Counted from the first letter of the stretch, positions 7,967-15,489 are shown. The stretch is DNA of 30,747 bases from a virus (IMGVR_UViG_3300045801_000012:1-30747), one strand, 5' to 3'. Made by a program: numbers and translations. The notes: a model not told the origin generated them from the sequence alone.

Positions 7967-8163
7967 CGCTCCTGCAGCTGGATCCTCCGATCCCTTTGCA
8001 CGTCAAGGGTCACAACGCGCTTGCGCATGCGCTGATTGATTACGGTGCGGAGTTTGACCTGCTCTGGGTCTGCTTCCTCGACAACGGCGAGTGCTGGACG
8101 GTCGCGAACCCTGACGTTCGCGCGCAAGAGAACTGGACCTTCAAGCGAAGGAAGGCGCCATGA
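7963..8163 (+). CDS. Conserved-looking small hypothetical protein
   Basis: MTLLQLDPPIPL...LIDYGAEFDLLWVCFLDNGECWTVANPDVRAQ; ATGA overlaps at both ends. Confidence 0.75.
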   Translation: MTLLQLDPPIPLHVKGHNALAHALIDYGAEFDLLWVCFLDNGECWTVANPDVRAQENWTFKRRKAP

Positions 8164-8327
8164 GCGACAAGAAAAAGTCAGCGGACTGGTGCGCGAACGG
8201 CCGGCCCGGCTACGACATCGATACGGGCAAGCCCTACAACGTCTCGCCGCCGTGCCAGTCGCCGGCCCGCCCTGGGCACATCTACTGCGACCGGTGCCGG
8301 GTGGCGGCGGGCGGGCGGCCGCGATGA
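8160..8327 (+). CDS. Small four-Cys zinc-finger-like protein (55 aa)
   Basis: MSDKKKSADWC...PPCQSPARPGHIYCDRC...; ATGA overlaps at both ends; absent from the ORF track. Confidence 0.6.
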   Translation: MSDKKKSADWCANGRPGYDIDTGKPYNVSPPCQSPARPGHIYCDRCRVAAGGRPR

Positions 8328-8605
8328 GCACCGTCAAGATGCAAGTCGTCTGGCACCTGAAGGATGCGTACTGGATTGAGGAACAACCGGAGATGGACAC
8401 GATCTCGGTCCTGCTTCAGGCGGGCGGGGAAGAGTACGCAGTGGCGTGTTCGGGTCCCAAGGGCATGACCTCGAACCAGTTCATTTCGGCACTGCGCGCT
8501 GCGACCGCGGGCCTGATCCGAGCGACCGGCGGTGACATGTCGGTGGTCGGGGTCGGCACCCTTGAGGACGCAACATTTGACACGGGCGCCCAGCGCCCAA
8601 GCTGA
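8324..8605 (+). CDS. Hypothetical protein (93 aa)
   Basis: MSTVKMQVVWHL...; coupled start. Confidence 0.65.
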   Translation: MSTVKMQVVWHLKDAYWIEEQPEMDTISVLLQAGGEEYAVACSGPKGMTSNQFISALRAATAGLIRATGGDMSVVGVGTLEDATFDTGAQRPS

Positions 8606-8630
8606 CGACGATTTTTTTTGGAGGATACCC

Positions 8631-8861
8631 ATGCCGATGCCAACCAGACCCCAGATGGGTATCAACCCTGCCGCGGTGCAAGCAGCAATCGCCGGACAGG
8701 GCGAAGGTGCGCGGCCAGTGGTCGCACCCCCGCAGATGAGCAACACGGCGCAGCGGTTGAACCCGATGCTTGACCGGACCGCGGCGGTCGCGGGTTACGC
8801 GGACGGCAGCATGCCGACCATGCGCGGGCCGGGGCAGATTCCAAGGAATTTCAGCGCCTGA
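8631..8861 (+). CDS. Pro/Met-rich low-complexity protein (76 aa)
   Basis: GGAGG RBS before ATG 8631; MPMPTRPQMGINPAAVQAAIAGQ... Confidence 0.7.
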   Translation: MPMPTRPQMGINPAAVQAAIAGQGEGARPVVAPPQMSNTAQRLNPMLDRTAAVAGYADGSMPTMRGPGQIPRNFSA

Positions 8862-8875
8862 CGGCGCACAGATTT

Positions 8876-8941
8876 TCCGCCTTCGTCTAAGTGCCGGACG
8901 CCCCGCACACTGGGGAAATGTAGCATGCTCCTACAGGCGGA
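8876..8941 (+). ncRNA. Candidate structured RNA: cloverleaf / four-way junction (strand uncertain)
   Basis: Closing stem tccgcc/ggcgga and three hairpins (cgtct/ggacg, cccc/gggg, tgtag/ctaca), each with a 7-nt loop; intergenic; followed by a T-run. Confidence 0.55.
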
Positions 8942-9002
8942 TTTTTCAGATGGGTGGTGAGATACCCGACGACGATGCAATTTTTACAGAAGGAGTCTCA
9001 CC

Positions 9003-9455
9003 GTGACCTGGGGAAATAATGGCGCCGGACCTGTTGGTGTACCGCCCGTTGGGCCGAACCCGCTCGCCGGCCAAGTGATCGGCAGCGGTGGCGCGGCGTA
9101 CCCGCCCTACTATCAGGCGAGCTTTGAGTCTGTGCTGGCGGCGGTCTCGCGCGGCGAGGTGTCGCTGAACCAGCTCGTCGCGAGCGGCAGCCAGTTCGGT
9201 GGCAACAACCCTGCCGCGCAGCAAGGGAACCCGACCCTGCTCCAAGGCTTCAGTCAAGGCTTGGGTCAGAACGGCACGAACGGATTGAACGGTATCGGCG
9301 CCGGCGGCGGGACCGTGAACTCCAGCATCGCGAGCGTGAACTCTGCTCCGGGCAGCTTCGGCGTTTCCGGCCAGACGAACACGATCAACCCGAAGCTGCC
9401 ACTGAGCGACCCGGGCGTGGCGCTGGCGTCCCCCATTCAATACGGTGGCAATTGA
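9003..9455 (+). CDS. G/N/Q/P-rich low-complexity protein A
   Basis: AAGGAG RBS and GTG start; 5 charged residues in 150 aa; motif ESVLAAVSRGEVSL. Confidence 0.8.
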   Translation: MTWGNNGAGPVGVPPVGPNPLAGQVIGSGGAAYPPYYQASFESVLAAVSRGEVSLNQLVASGSQFGGNNPAAQQGNPTLLQGFSQGLGQNGTNGLNGIGAGGGTVNSSIASVNSAPGSFGVSGQTNTINPKLPLSDPGVALASPIQYGGN

Positions 9456-9456
9456 G

Positions 9457-9978
9457 ATGACGATCTACGTACAGCAAGGCCCTGCGGTAGGGCAGCCGAT
9501 GTCGCCGTTTTTCGGCGCACAGAACGGTCTCGGTGCGACGCCGGTGATCCAGCAGCCGACGACCGCACCGACCGCGGGCGGGATGCAGGCGACCGGCGTG
9601 CAGATGTCGCTCCTTGAGGCGGCATCGCGCGGGATCATTCCGCGGAACGCGCTCCTTGCGACCATCGCCGGCCAGGCCGTGAGCGCGGGCGTCAGCAACC
9701 TGCAGGGCGACGGTCTGACGCTCGACGAAGGGTTCGGTTCCGGCAACGGCGCGCAGGTGAACTTGGGCGTACCGGTGCCGCCGAACGCGGGCAACAACGT
9801 GGCGACGACCACAGCCGGCGTCAACAACCAGCTGTTCGTTGAGGGTACCGCAAACGCGAACGATTCGCTGTCGACGGGACCGACACCGACCAACACCGAG
9901 TCGATGGTCAGCGCGCCGCTAGCGGCGTCGACCACGACCGCGAACGTGACGCTGATCACGGGAGGGTTCCAAGGGTGA
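9457..9978 (+). CDS. G/N/Q/T-rich low-complexity protein B
   Basis: ATG 1 nt after the previous stop (alternative GTG at 9445); no Lys; motif SLLEAASRGII. Confidence 0.8.
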   Translation: MTIYVQQGPAVGQPMSPFFGAQNGLGATPVIQQPTTAPTAGGMQATGVQMSLLEAASRGIIPRNALLATIAGQAVSAGVSNLQGDGLTLDEGFGSGNGAQVNLGVPVPPNAGNNVATTTAGVNNQLFVEGTANANDSLSTGPTPTNTESMVSAPLAASTTTANVTLITGGFQG

Positions 9979-10436
9979 CCACCTTCGGTACGCCGGGCGG
10001 CTCGCCGCTCAATTACACGGGATTTCAGGGCACGCAGCCCGGGAACCCCGTTCAGGCCACGCTCTCGCCAGTGCAACCTGGGGTCGGGCTCTTTCCACCG
10101 AACTCGGACAACCGCAGCGGCGACACGATTATGGCGTCCGTCTCGCGGGCCGCGTGCCCGGCGAACGTTGACATCACGAACGCCGGCACTCGCGACTCGC
10201 GCCCCGGCCGGACCGTGCTCGAGAGCTTTGCGGACGCGAATGCGACCGGTACCGGTACCGCGATCCAGACCGTCTTCGGCGGCAGCGCGAACGTCGGCCC
10301 CGCGGGCGGGGGCGGCTTTGGTGCCGGCGGATTCAACCAGACCAACTCACCCAGCTCGGGTGACGCGCACATCTTGCCCGCGAACGCGGACGTGAAGGTG
10401 CCAGCCATCCCGGCCGCGCCACAGTACCAGGGGTAG
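9975..10436 (+). CDS. G/P/T-rich low-complexity protein C
   Basis: GGAGG upstream and GTGA overlap; motif DTIMASVSRAA. Confidence 0.8.
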   Translation: MTTFGTPGGSPLNYTGFQGTQPGNPVQATLSPVQPGVGLFPPNSDNRSGDTIMASVSRAACPANVDITNAGTRDSRPGRTVLESFADANATGTGTAIQTVFGGSANVGPAGGGGFGAGGFNQTNSPSSGDAHILPANADVKVPAIPAAPQYQG

Positions 10437-10439
10437 CTC

Positions 10440-10859
10440 ATGACAAATTTTTTTGGACCTTCGGCCGCCGTTGACACGAACGTAGGGTTTCCTGGCGCGG
10501 CCCCTTTGGGCACGCAGATGCAAGGGAACCCAAACCTACCGAGCGGCCAGCCGCAGCAGGCGTTGCCCGGCAACCAGAACGCGGTCCAGCAGCTGACGGG
10601 AACGCAGCTCTCAAACGGCAACATTATTGCGAGCTCCGTGCCGACAAACGTGTTGAGCCAGCCGGGGACCGACTCCTTGCTGGCGCAAATCGCGCGTGGG
10701 CAGGTGATGCTGGGCGACTCGACCTACGGGCAGAGCGCGTTCATTCCTGCAAACGGCGGGGCGGCGAACCCGAACATTGCGGCGGCGACGCCGGTCACGG
10801 CCCGGGTCGCGAGCACGCTCACGTACCCGGCGACGCAGCAGAACTACACGGGCAACTAG
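10440..10859 (+). CDS. Q/N/P-rich low-complexity protein D
   Basis: 5 charged residues in 139 aa; motif DSLLAQIARGQVML. Confidence 0.8.
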   Translation: MTNFFGPSAAVDTNVGFPGAAPLGTQMQGNPNLPSGQPQQALPGNQNAVQQLTGTQLSNGNIIASSVPTNVLSQPGTDSLLAQIARGQVMLGDSTYGQSAFIPANGGAANPNIAAATPVTARVASTLTYPATQQNYTGN

Positions 10860-11246
10860 GTGACGACGCCGACGGGCCCGGGGATCACGTCCCCGATCAC
10901 GACGACCACCTACGCGGGCGGCGTCCGGCAGCAGAATCCGGTCGGGCAGAACCTGACCGCGAACCCGAACGTCTATGCGCCGGCGCGTGGTTACGGCGAC
11001 ATCTGGGGCGCAAACGGCGGCGACCAGAACGCGATCGGTGGCGGCGCGACGGACCAGACCGGCTACGTCAAGCCGATGGCGATCACGCTCTCGAGCTGCG
11101 AATCGGCGACGACGTACCTGGACGCGACCGGATCGACGACCAACCGCGCGAACCCTGGTAGCCGGCTGGGACGACTGAACAACGATGCGTTGTCTGGGCA
11201 GACGCTGGACCCTATTGGCCCGAGCGTTGGCAACAACGCGGGTTAG
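10860..11246 (+). CDS. G/N/T-rich low-complexity protein E
   Basis: GTG immediately after the TAG of D and in the same frame; same composition and codon usage. Confidence 0.75.
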   Translation: MTTPTGPGITSPITTTTYAGGVRQQNPVGQNLTANPNVYAPARGYGDIWGANGGDQNAIGGGATDQTGYVKPMAITLSSCESATTYLDATGSTTNRANPGSRLGRLNNDALSGQTLDPIGPSVGNNAG

Positions 11247-11255
11247 AATTTTCAT

Positions 11256-11282
11256 GCAGATCGTAGCGTCGCTACGATGTGC
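11256..11282. repeat. Intergenic palindrome / hairpin
   Basis: gca-g-atcgtagcg-t-cgctacgat-g-tgc. Confidence 0.7.
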
Positions 11283-11345
11283 TGCTTATCCGTCAAATAA
11301 CACGACGGCGTTGACGTTGATGCGCGCGAGCGCGAGGTAAATTTC

Positions 11346-11828
11346 ATGACATCATTGGGCGTCTTCCGAGACGATTATTACAATGCGGCCGCGGTGCTGA
11401 CGGAAACGCAGTACACGGTCACCGCGCAAGCGTCGGGCACTTTGTCGGCGGCGGCGATCGCCGGCGCTCGCTCGTGCGTCGTTCTTTCCAGCGGCGCGAC
11501 CGCGCTGACGACCGACAGCGCCGTCAACATCATCGCGCAAGTTCAGAACGCGGTGGCAACTGCGTACAAGGCAGGGCTAGGCTCGTTCGCTGCCGGCGTC
11601 AACCCGCCGATCGGCGCGCCGAACTTGTTCAACGTCACCTGGACGCTGACGATCGTGAACACGAACGCTGGCGCATTGACGTTATCTGGCGCTAACGGCA
11701 CTACAGTAACTAACGGAGCCATCCCCGCTACGTCAATGCGGCAATTTTTGGTTACGATTACGTCCCCTACCAGCGTAACAGTCGCGGGTATGTATTCTGC
11801 AGGCGCTGCGGGCGTGTATACGGCGTAA
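11346..11828 (+). CDS. Putative virion (head decoration-like) protein
   Basis: GAGGT RBS; A/T/G/V-rich beta-type sequence (TWTLTIVNTNAGALTLSG). Confidence 0.7.
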   Translation: MTSLGVFRDDYYNAAAVLTETQYTVTAQASGTLSAAAIAGARSCVVLSSGATALTTDSAVNIIAQVQNAVATAYKAGLGSFAAGVNPPIGAPNLFNVTWTLTIVNTNAGALTLSGANGTTVTNGAIPATSMRQFLVTITSPTSVTVAGMYSAGAAGVYTA

Positions 11829-11832
11829 AAAC

Positions 11833-12264
11833 ATGACGACTATACTAACGACCGTCACTGCAGCCGGAAATATTTACACATCGCAAACGTGGCCCGCACA
11901 GCCGCCAGGACTTCCGCAACCTTCTGCTACAGACGCCGCTTCCGCAGGAGCAGCGCCTATTTTACGTCTTGGATTTGAGACTGTAGCGTTGGTGATAAGC
12001 ACTAGTGTTGCCGGTACTGACACTAATGACGGCACTACCATTACAAACACCGCGGTTATTTCTGGAGTATCTTTACCGGCCAACGCGCAGGTAGGTGATG
12101 TGGTAGTGGTGAAGTATATTTCAGGCCCAGCAGAAGGCGCCAATTTTAATGTTTGGGTTCCTGTTGGGCACTATCTTGGAGGCGGCCCAACACCCACGCT
12201 GAACGGTTACGGCGGTCCAAGCATATACCAGATGGTGTCACCAAGCGTCTGGTACACGATTTAA
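11833..12264 (+). CDS. Putative virion fibre/decoration-like protein
   Basis: VSLPANAQVGDVVVVK motif typical of small phage beta-sandwich modules; AT-richer codons than its neighbours. Confidence 0.65.
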   Translation: MTTILTTVTAAGNIYTSQTWPAQPPGLPQPSATDAASAGAAPILRLGFETVALVISTSVAGTDTNDGTTITNTAVISGVSLPANAQVGDVVVVKYISGPAEGANFNVWVPVGHYLGGGPTPTLNGYGGPSIYQMVSPSVWYTI

Positions 12265-12295
12265 TTTTCGATTCAATCAAGAGGAATTTTCACAC

Positions 12296-12586
12296 ATGGC
12301 AAAACATTCAGACACACGCGGCGATCGGGCCGACATGAAGGGTGAAGAGTATTTGAAGGGTCGTCGGGCCGGCGTCGAGAAGACGTACGGCAAAGAGGGC
12401 GCCCCCTACCGTGGCGTCGGCTCCAAGTGGAGCGGCCAGTCCGCGGAAGCGACGAACCTGTCGAAGGACGACATGCACGACTCCGGCGGCAACGTCGAGC
12501 TTGCGGACGTCGCGCGCAGCCTTTACCAAGATGCCGTGAGCGGCCGCGGTGACAAGCTGGGCGACAAAGCGTTGACCGAAAGATGA
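12296..12586 (+). CDS. Charged hypothetical protein
   Basis: GAGGA RBS; ATGA-coupled to the next gene. Confidence 0.7.
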   Translation: MAKHSDTRGDRADMKGEEYLKGRRAGVEKTYGKEGAPYRGVGSKWSGQSAEATNLSKDDMHDSGGNVELADVARSLYQDAVSGRGDKLGDKALTER

Positions 12587-12741
12587 GCCTGCTCATCATC
12601 GCTATCGTTGTCGGGGTCGCATCGGCCGCCGCGATCATCTATCAGGTGATCAAGGAAAAGAAGGCCGTGACCGTGGCAGACGTCGTGGCGCAGGCCAAGA
12701 CGGACGCTGCCACCGTGCAAGCGGACGTCAAGAAAGTCTGA
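12583..12741 (+). CDS. Small membrane-anchored protein (52 aa)
   Basis: MSLLIIAIVVGVASAAAIIYQVIKEKK...; ATGA and TGATG coupling. Confidence 0.7.
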   Translation: MSLLIIAIVVGVASAAAIIYQVIKEKKAVTVADVVAQAKTDAATVQADVKKV

Positions 12742-12941
12742 TGCCTTCCAAGAGCCCCGCGCAAGCTAAGCTCATGAGAGCGGCCGCTCACGGCTGGGAA
12801 AAACCCGGCGGTGGCGGCCCCTCTGTTGCTGTGGGCAAAGAGTTCATGAAGGCTGACGAGGCCAAACGAAAGGGCGCGCGATCGAAAGATCAGCGCGCCG
12901 ACCGTAAGCGAGACATGGACGCGTGGGCGTCCGGTAAGTAG
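12741..12941 (+). CDS. Small basic phage protein (MPSKSxxQxxLMxAAAH type)
   Basis: N-terminal motif recurrent in small proteins near phage head genes. Confidence 0.75.
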   Translation: MPSKSPAQAKLMRAAAHGWEKPGGGGPSVAVGKEFMKADEAKRKGARSKDQRADRKRDMDAWASGK

Positions 12942-12950
12942 GAGAATACT

Positions 12951-13313
12951 GTGGGCGTGGATACAACGTTCCAGCCGAAGACGCCCACCTACACGGTGGA
13001 CAGCTCGGCCGCGGTGCTAATCGACGGCCGGCAAGCCGGCGTTACGTCGTGGCGCATCCGTGCGCTTGGAGCTACCGGCGCAGCTGCCGGCATTTCTGGA
13101 TTTATCAAGTGGGCGCCGGGCGGGACCGGCAATGCGCCGTCAGCGGCCACCGCTCCCGTGCTTGGCACACCCACACCGAACCAGGTTGGCGTGAACGCCG
13201 GACAGACGCTGTATCTTGAAGGTATGGGCGGCTGGTTATATTTCATCGGAAACGCTGCGTACGCTGCTAGCTCATTTGAAGTGACTGGCGGTCAAGGAGG
13301 TTGCGGTGGCTGA
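12951..13313 (+). CDS. Putative virion protein
   Basis: AGGAG RBS and GTG start; G/A/T-rich beta-type sequence. Confidence 0.7.
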   Translation: MGVDTTFQPKTPTYTVDSSAAVLIDGRQAGVTSWRIRALGATGAAAGISGFIKWAPGGTGNAPSAATAPVLGTPTPNQVGVNAGQTLYLEGMGGWLYFIGNAAYAASSFEVTGGQGGCGG

Positions 13314-13707
13314 TATCGCTCCAATGCTCGGTGCCATCCTCGGCATCAGCAAGACCCCGAAGGGTCAAGACAAGAAACGCGGCGAGAAGCCTACCGCCAA
13401 AGTCAACAAGAAGAAAGGCACCGCCACCTTCAAAACCACGAAGGGCGAGGGCTCCGTCACCGAGCCCCAGCAACAGCACGGCGAGCTCGCCTCTTACGAG
13501 GCGCCGAAGCCGATCCCCGACAAGAAGCTGATCAAAGAGAGCGCGAAGCACACGATGCGGCGCGCGACTGAGGATTGGGTCGAAGGACGCATCTCAACGA
13601 AGGAGCACAAGGCGATGCACGAGCGCGCCAAGCACGTGCTCTCGAACAAGTCGCCGCAGGAGTTCAAAGGCATGAGCGGCGAGCGTTCGTTCAAGAAGAT
13701 GCGATGA
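13306..13707 (+). CDS. Lys-rich basic hypothetical protein
   Basis: AAGGAGG RBS and GTG start. Confidence 0.75.
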   Translation: MADIAPMLGAILGISKTPKGQDKKRGEKPTAKVNKKKGTATFKTTKGEGSVTEPQQQHGELASYEAPKPIPDKKLIKESAKHTMRRATEDWVEGRISTKEHKAMHERAKHVLSNKSPQEFKGMSGERSFKKMR

Positions 13708-13775
13708 TTATCCTTACCAACATCCGTCTGGGCGTTTGCTACTGCTACATCCGCGTCGATCGTTCTTGGCGGTAG
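13704..13775 (+). CDS. Putative 23-aa peptide
   Basis: ATGA-coupled MIILTNIRLGVCYCYIRVDRSWR fills the gap exactly. Confidence 0.4.
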   Translation: MIILTNIRLGVCYCYIRVDRSWR

Positions 13776-13778
13776 ATA

Positions 13779-14189
13779 GTGGGAAAGTACGTAAAAAAGG
13801 GCGCGCTTTCTAAGCGGGTTTTCAGCTATCGCGGAGTTAAATGTTCGGTAGCTGAATGCGCTGTTCAGGCTCGTAAGAATGGCATGTGCAGTACGCATCA
13901 CGCCCAGACAATACGGACTCCTGAATGGTTGGCCGCGCGAAGAGCAAAAGACCTAGCCGCACAAGAAAAAGCAATGGGCAGACCTCGCCCCGAGTTTTGT
14001 GAGGTATGCAATGGGTCTCCCAACGACAGGTGGGGTGTATTGCATTTCGATCACGATCATGTGACAGAAAAGCCGCGAGGCTGGATCTGCCGCAACTGCA
14101 ATGTGATGTTGGGACTGGCTAGAGACAGTGTAGACCGTTTTTTAGATCTGGCGGCGTACGTGGAGAAGCATAATGCCAATCGGAAATAG
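13779..14189 (+). CDS. Endonuclease VII-family (His-Me finger) nuclease, likely a homing endonuclease
   Basis: CEVC...LHFDHDHVTEKPRGWICRNCNVMLGLARDS; N-terminal CSVAEC...GMCSTHH zinc module; lower GC. Confidence 0.88.
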   Translation: MGKYVKKGALSKRVFSYRGVKCSVAECAVQARKNGMCSTHHAQTIRTPEWLAARRAKDLAAQEKAMGRPRPEFCEVCNGSPNDRWGVLHFDHDHVTEKPRGWICRNCNVMLGLARDSVDRFLDLAAYVEKHNANRK

Positions 14190-14616
14190 GTACCTCCAGG
14201 GAACGACCATACTTCCGTACGCCAACGTCAAGGCGTACCCCGGCACGGACATCTTCATGGACCTGAACTTCGTGGACCACACGAACACGCCCGTGATCCC
14301 TACCTCGATCAGCATCGAGATCGACGACATCACGAACAGTGTCGTGATGGCCGGCCCTACGACGCTTAGCGCCACGGGCGCTGTCGGCACTGCCGGCTCG
14401 CCGTTCACGTACCCCGCTTTTGCGGCCTCGATGTATTTGCAGGTGCTTGGCTCCGCATGGGGGATGACGTTTCCGTACACGGGCTCGCAATTGTGCCAGG
14501 TCGGGATGCAGTTCACCGCGGTGGACTCAGTCACGGGCCAGTTATTTACATCGAACGCGGTCGTCGCGGTCATTGAATTGTGCGCGCTCGCTACCGTGAG
14601 CGGCTTGAGTTATTGA
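14173..14616 (+). CDS. Putative virion protein
   Basis: GGAG RBS; beta-rich, low-charge sequence. Confidence 0.7.
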   Translation: MPIGNRYLQGTTILPYANVKAYPGTDIFMDLNFVDHTNTPVIPTSISIEIDDITNSVVMAGPTTLSATGAVGTAGSPFTYPAFAASMYLQVLGSAWGMTFPYTGSQLCQVGMQFTAVDSVTGQLFTSNAVVAVIELCALATVSGLSY

Positions 14617-14653
14617 ACAGCTAAGTTTTTCATTCTGCAGTGAGGTGCGGGAT

Positions 14654-14947
14654 ATGTCGACGCTAGAGTTTGGTCAGACGTTGATGAACGATCTGATCGC
14701 TGTGCATTTGTTGGACAAGGCGGAGGAGGTCATCAAGCTCCCAGACTGGCAGCGTATTTTGCGCGGCAAGGTGGTTGCGGTGGGGCCGGGCCGGATGTTG
14801 CCGCTCGGTGAGCGCGCGCCGATGGAGTGCAAGGTCGGCGACGTCGTGACGTTTGCGGCGACGGCTGGGATGGACGCTGACTTCGGCGTTGGCAAGAAGA
14901 TCCGGCTGATGCGCGACAGCGACGTTGACGCGGTGGTGCTCTCATGA
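14654..14947 (+). CDS. groES: GroES/Cpn10-like co-chaperonin 1
   Basis: LMNDLIAV...IKLPD...RGKVVAVGPGR...MECKVGDVVTF...LMRDSDVDAVV matches Cpn10 motifs; TGAGGTG RBS. Confidence 0.88.
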   Translation: MSTLEFGQTLMNDLIAVHLLDKAEEVIKLPDWQRILRGKVVAVGPGRMLPLGERAPMECKVGDVVTFAATAGMDADFGVGKKIRLMRDSDVDAVVLS

Positions 14948-15489
14948 TGCTCACAGAAGAGCTCGAAGAAATTGGTCGACGCGTACGCGTGCTCCGCGAC
15001 CGGGTGCTTGTCAAGGTGCTCCCTTACGTGCACCCGACGCTGGTGACGCCCGGGATCGAGATCAACAAGGGCGTCGTGATCGCGGTAGGCTACGGTCGCC
15101 GCCAACGCCGCAAGACAGAGTTCAAGCAATCGATCGATGACGGTACGCCGGTCATCGGTCCTGACGGTAAGACCGTCATGAAGTTTGCGAAGAGCAAGCT
15201 CTCGGGCCGCTCGCTGTGGTTTGAGGACGGGCCCGAGACGGGCGCGATCATACCTATGCAAGTGAAGCCGGGCGATGTTATCGAGTTCAGTTTCCGCAAC
15301 ATCACCTTTGTTGACATGGACAAGGTAGGATTCCCCGGCATAGGTGACCTCGCGTTCGTTTGGGAAAAGGCAATCTACAGCGTCGACCCAGACGAGTCGC
15401 TCAACGAGTGCTTGCTCTGGCAGCAGTCCGCAGGGTACGACCGCAACGGGAACTATATGTCAGGCAGCGAAGATTGGCATCGCGCATGA
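14944..15489 (+). CDS. Divergent GroES-like protein 2 with a large roof insertion and C-terminal extension
   Basis: VRVLRDRVLVK...KGVVIAVGYGR-[insertion of about 45 aa]-IIPMQVKPGDVIEF...FVWEKAIYSV. Confidence 0.78.
   Translation: MMLTEELEEIGRRVRVLRDRVLVKVLPYVHPTLVTPGIEINKGVVIAVGYGRRQRRKTEFKQSIDDGTPVIGPDGKTVMKFAKSKLSGRSLWFEDGPETGAIIPMQVKPGDVIEFSFRNITFVDMDKVGFPGIGDLAFVWEKAIYSVDPDESLNECLLWQQSAGYDRNGNYMSGSEDWHRA

Noticed and set aside
8584-8620. Intrinsic terminator (gggcgc/gcgccc hairpin and T8 run)
   Set aside because: The hairpin lies in coding sequence and is separated from the T-run by more than 10 nt.
8876-8941. Canonical tRNA or a known small ribozyme
   Set aside because: No TTC T-loop, D-loop GG or CCA; no hammerhead CUGANGA core; no clean HDV-type pairing found.
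9003-11246. RiPP precursors or curli subunits
   Set aside because: No modifying enzymes, transporters, signal peptides or regular curli repeats are present in the window.
15360-15485. Extended starts in the ORF track (15360, also 2345, 7628, 8036, 8532, 27852)
   Set aside because: They overlap upstream genes or lack an RBS; downstream ATG starts with coupling or SD sequences fit better.
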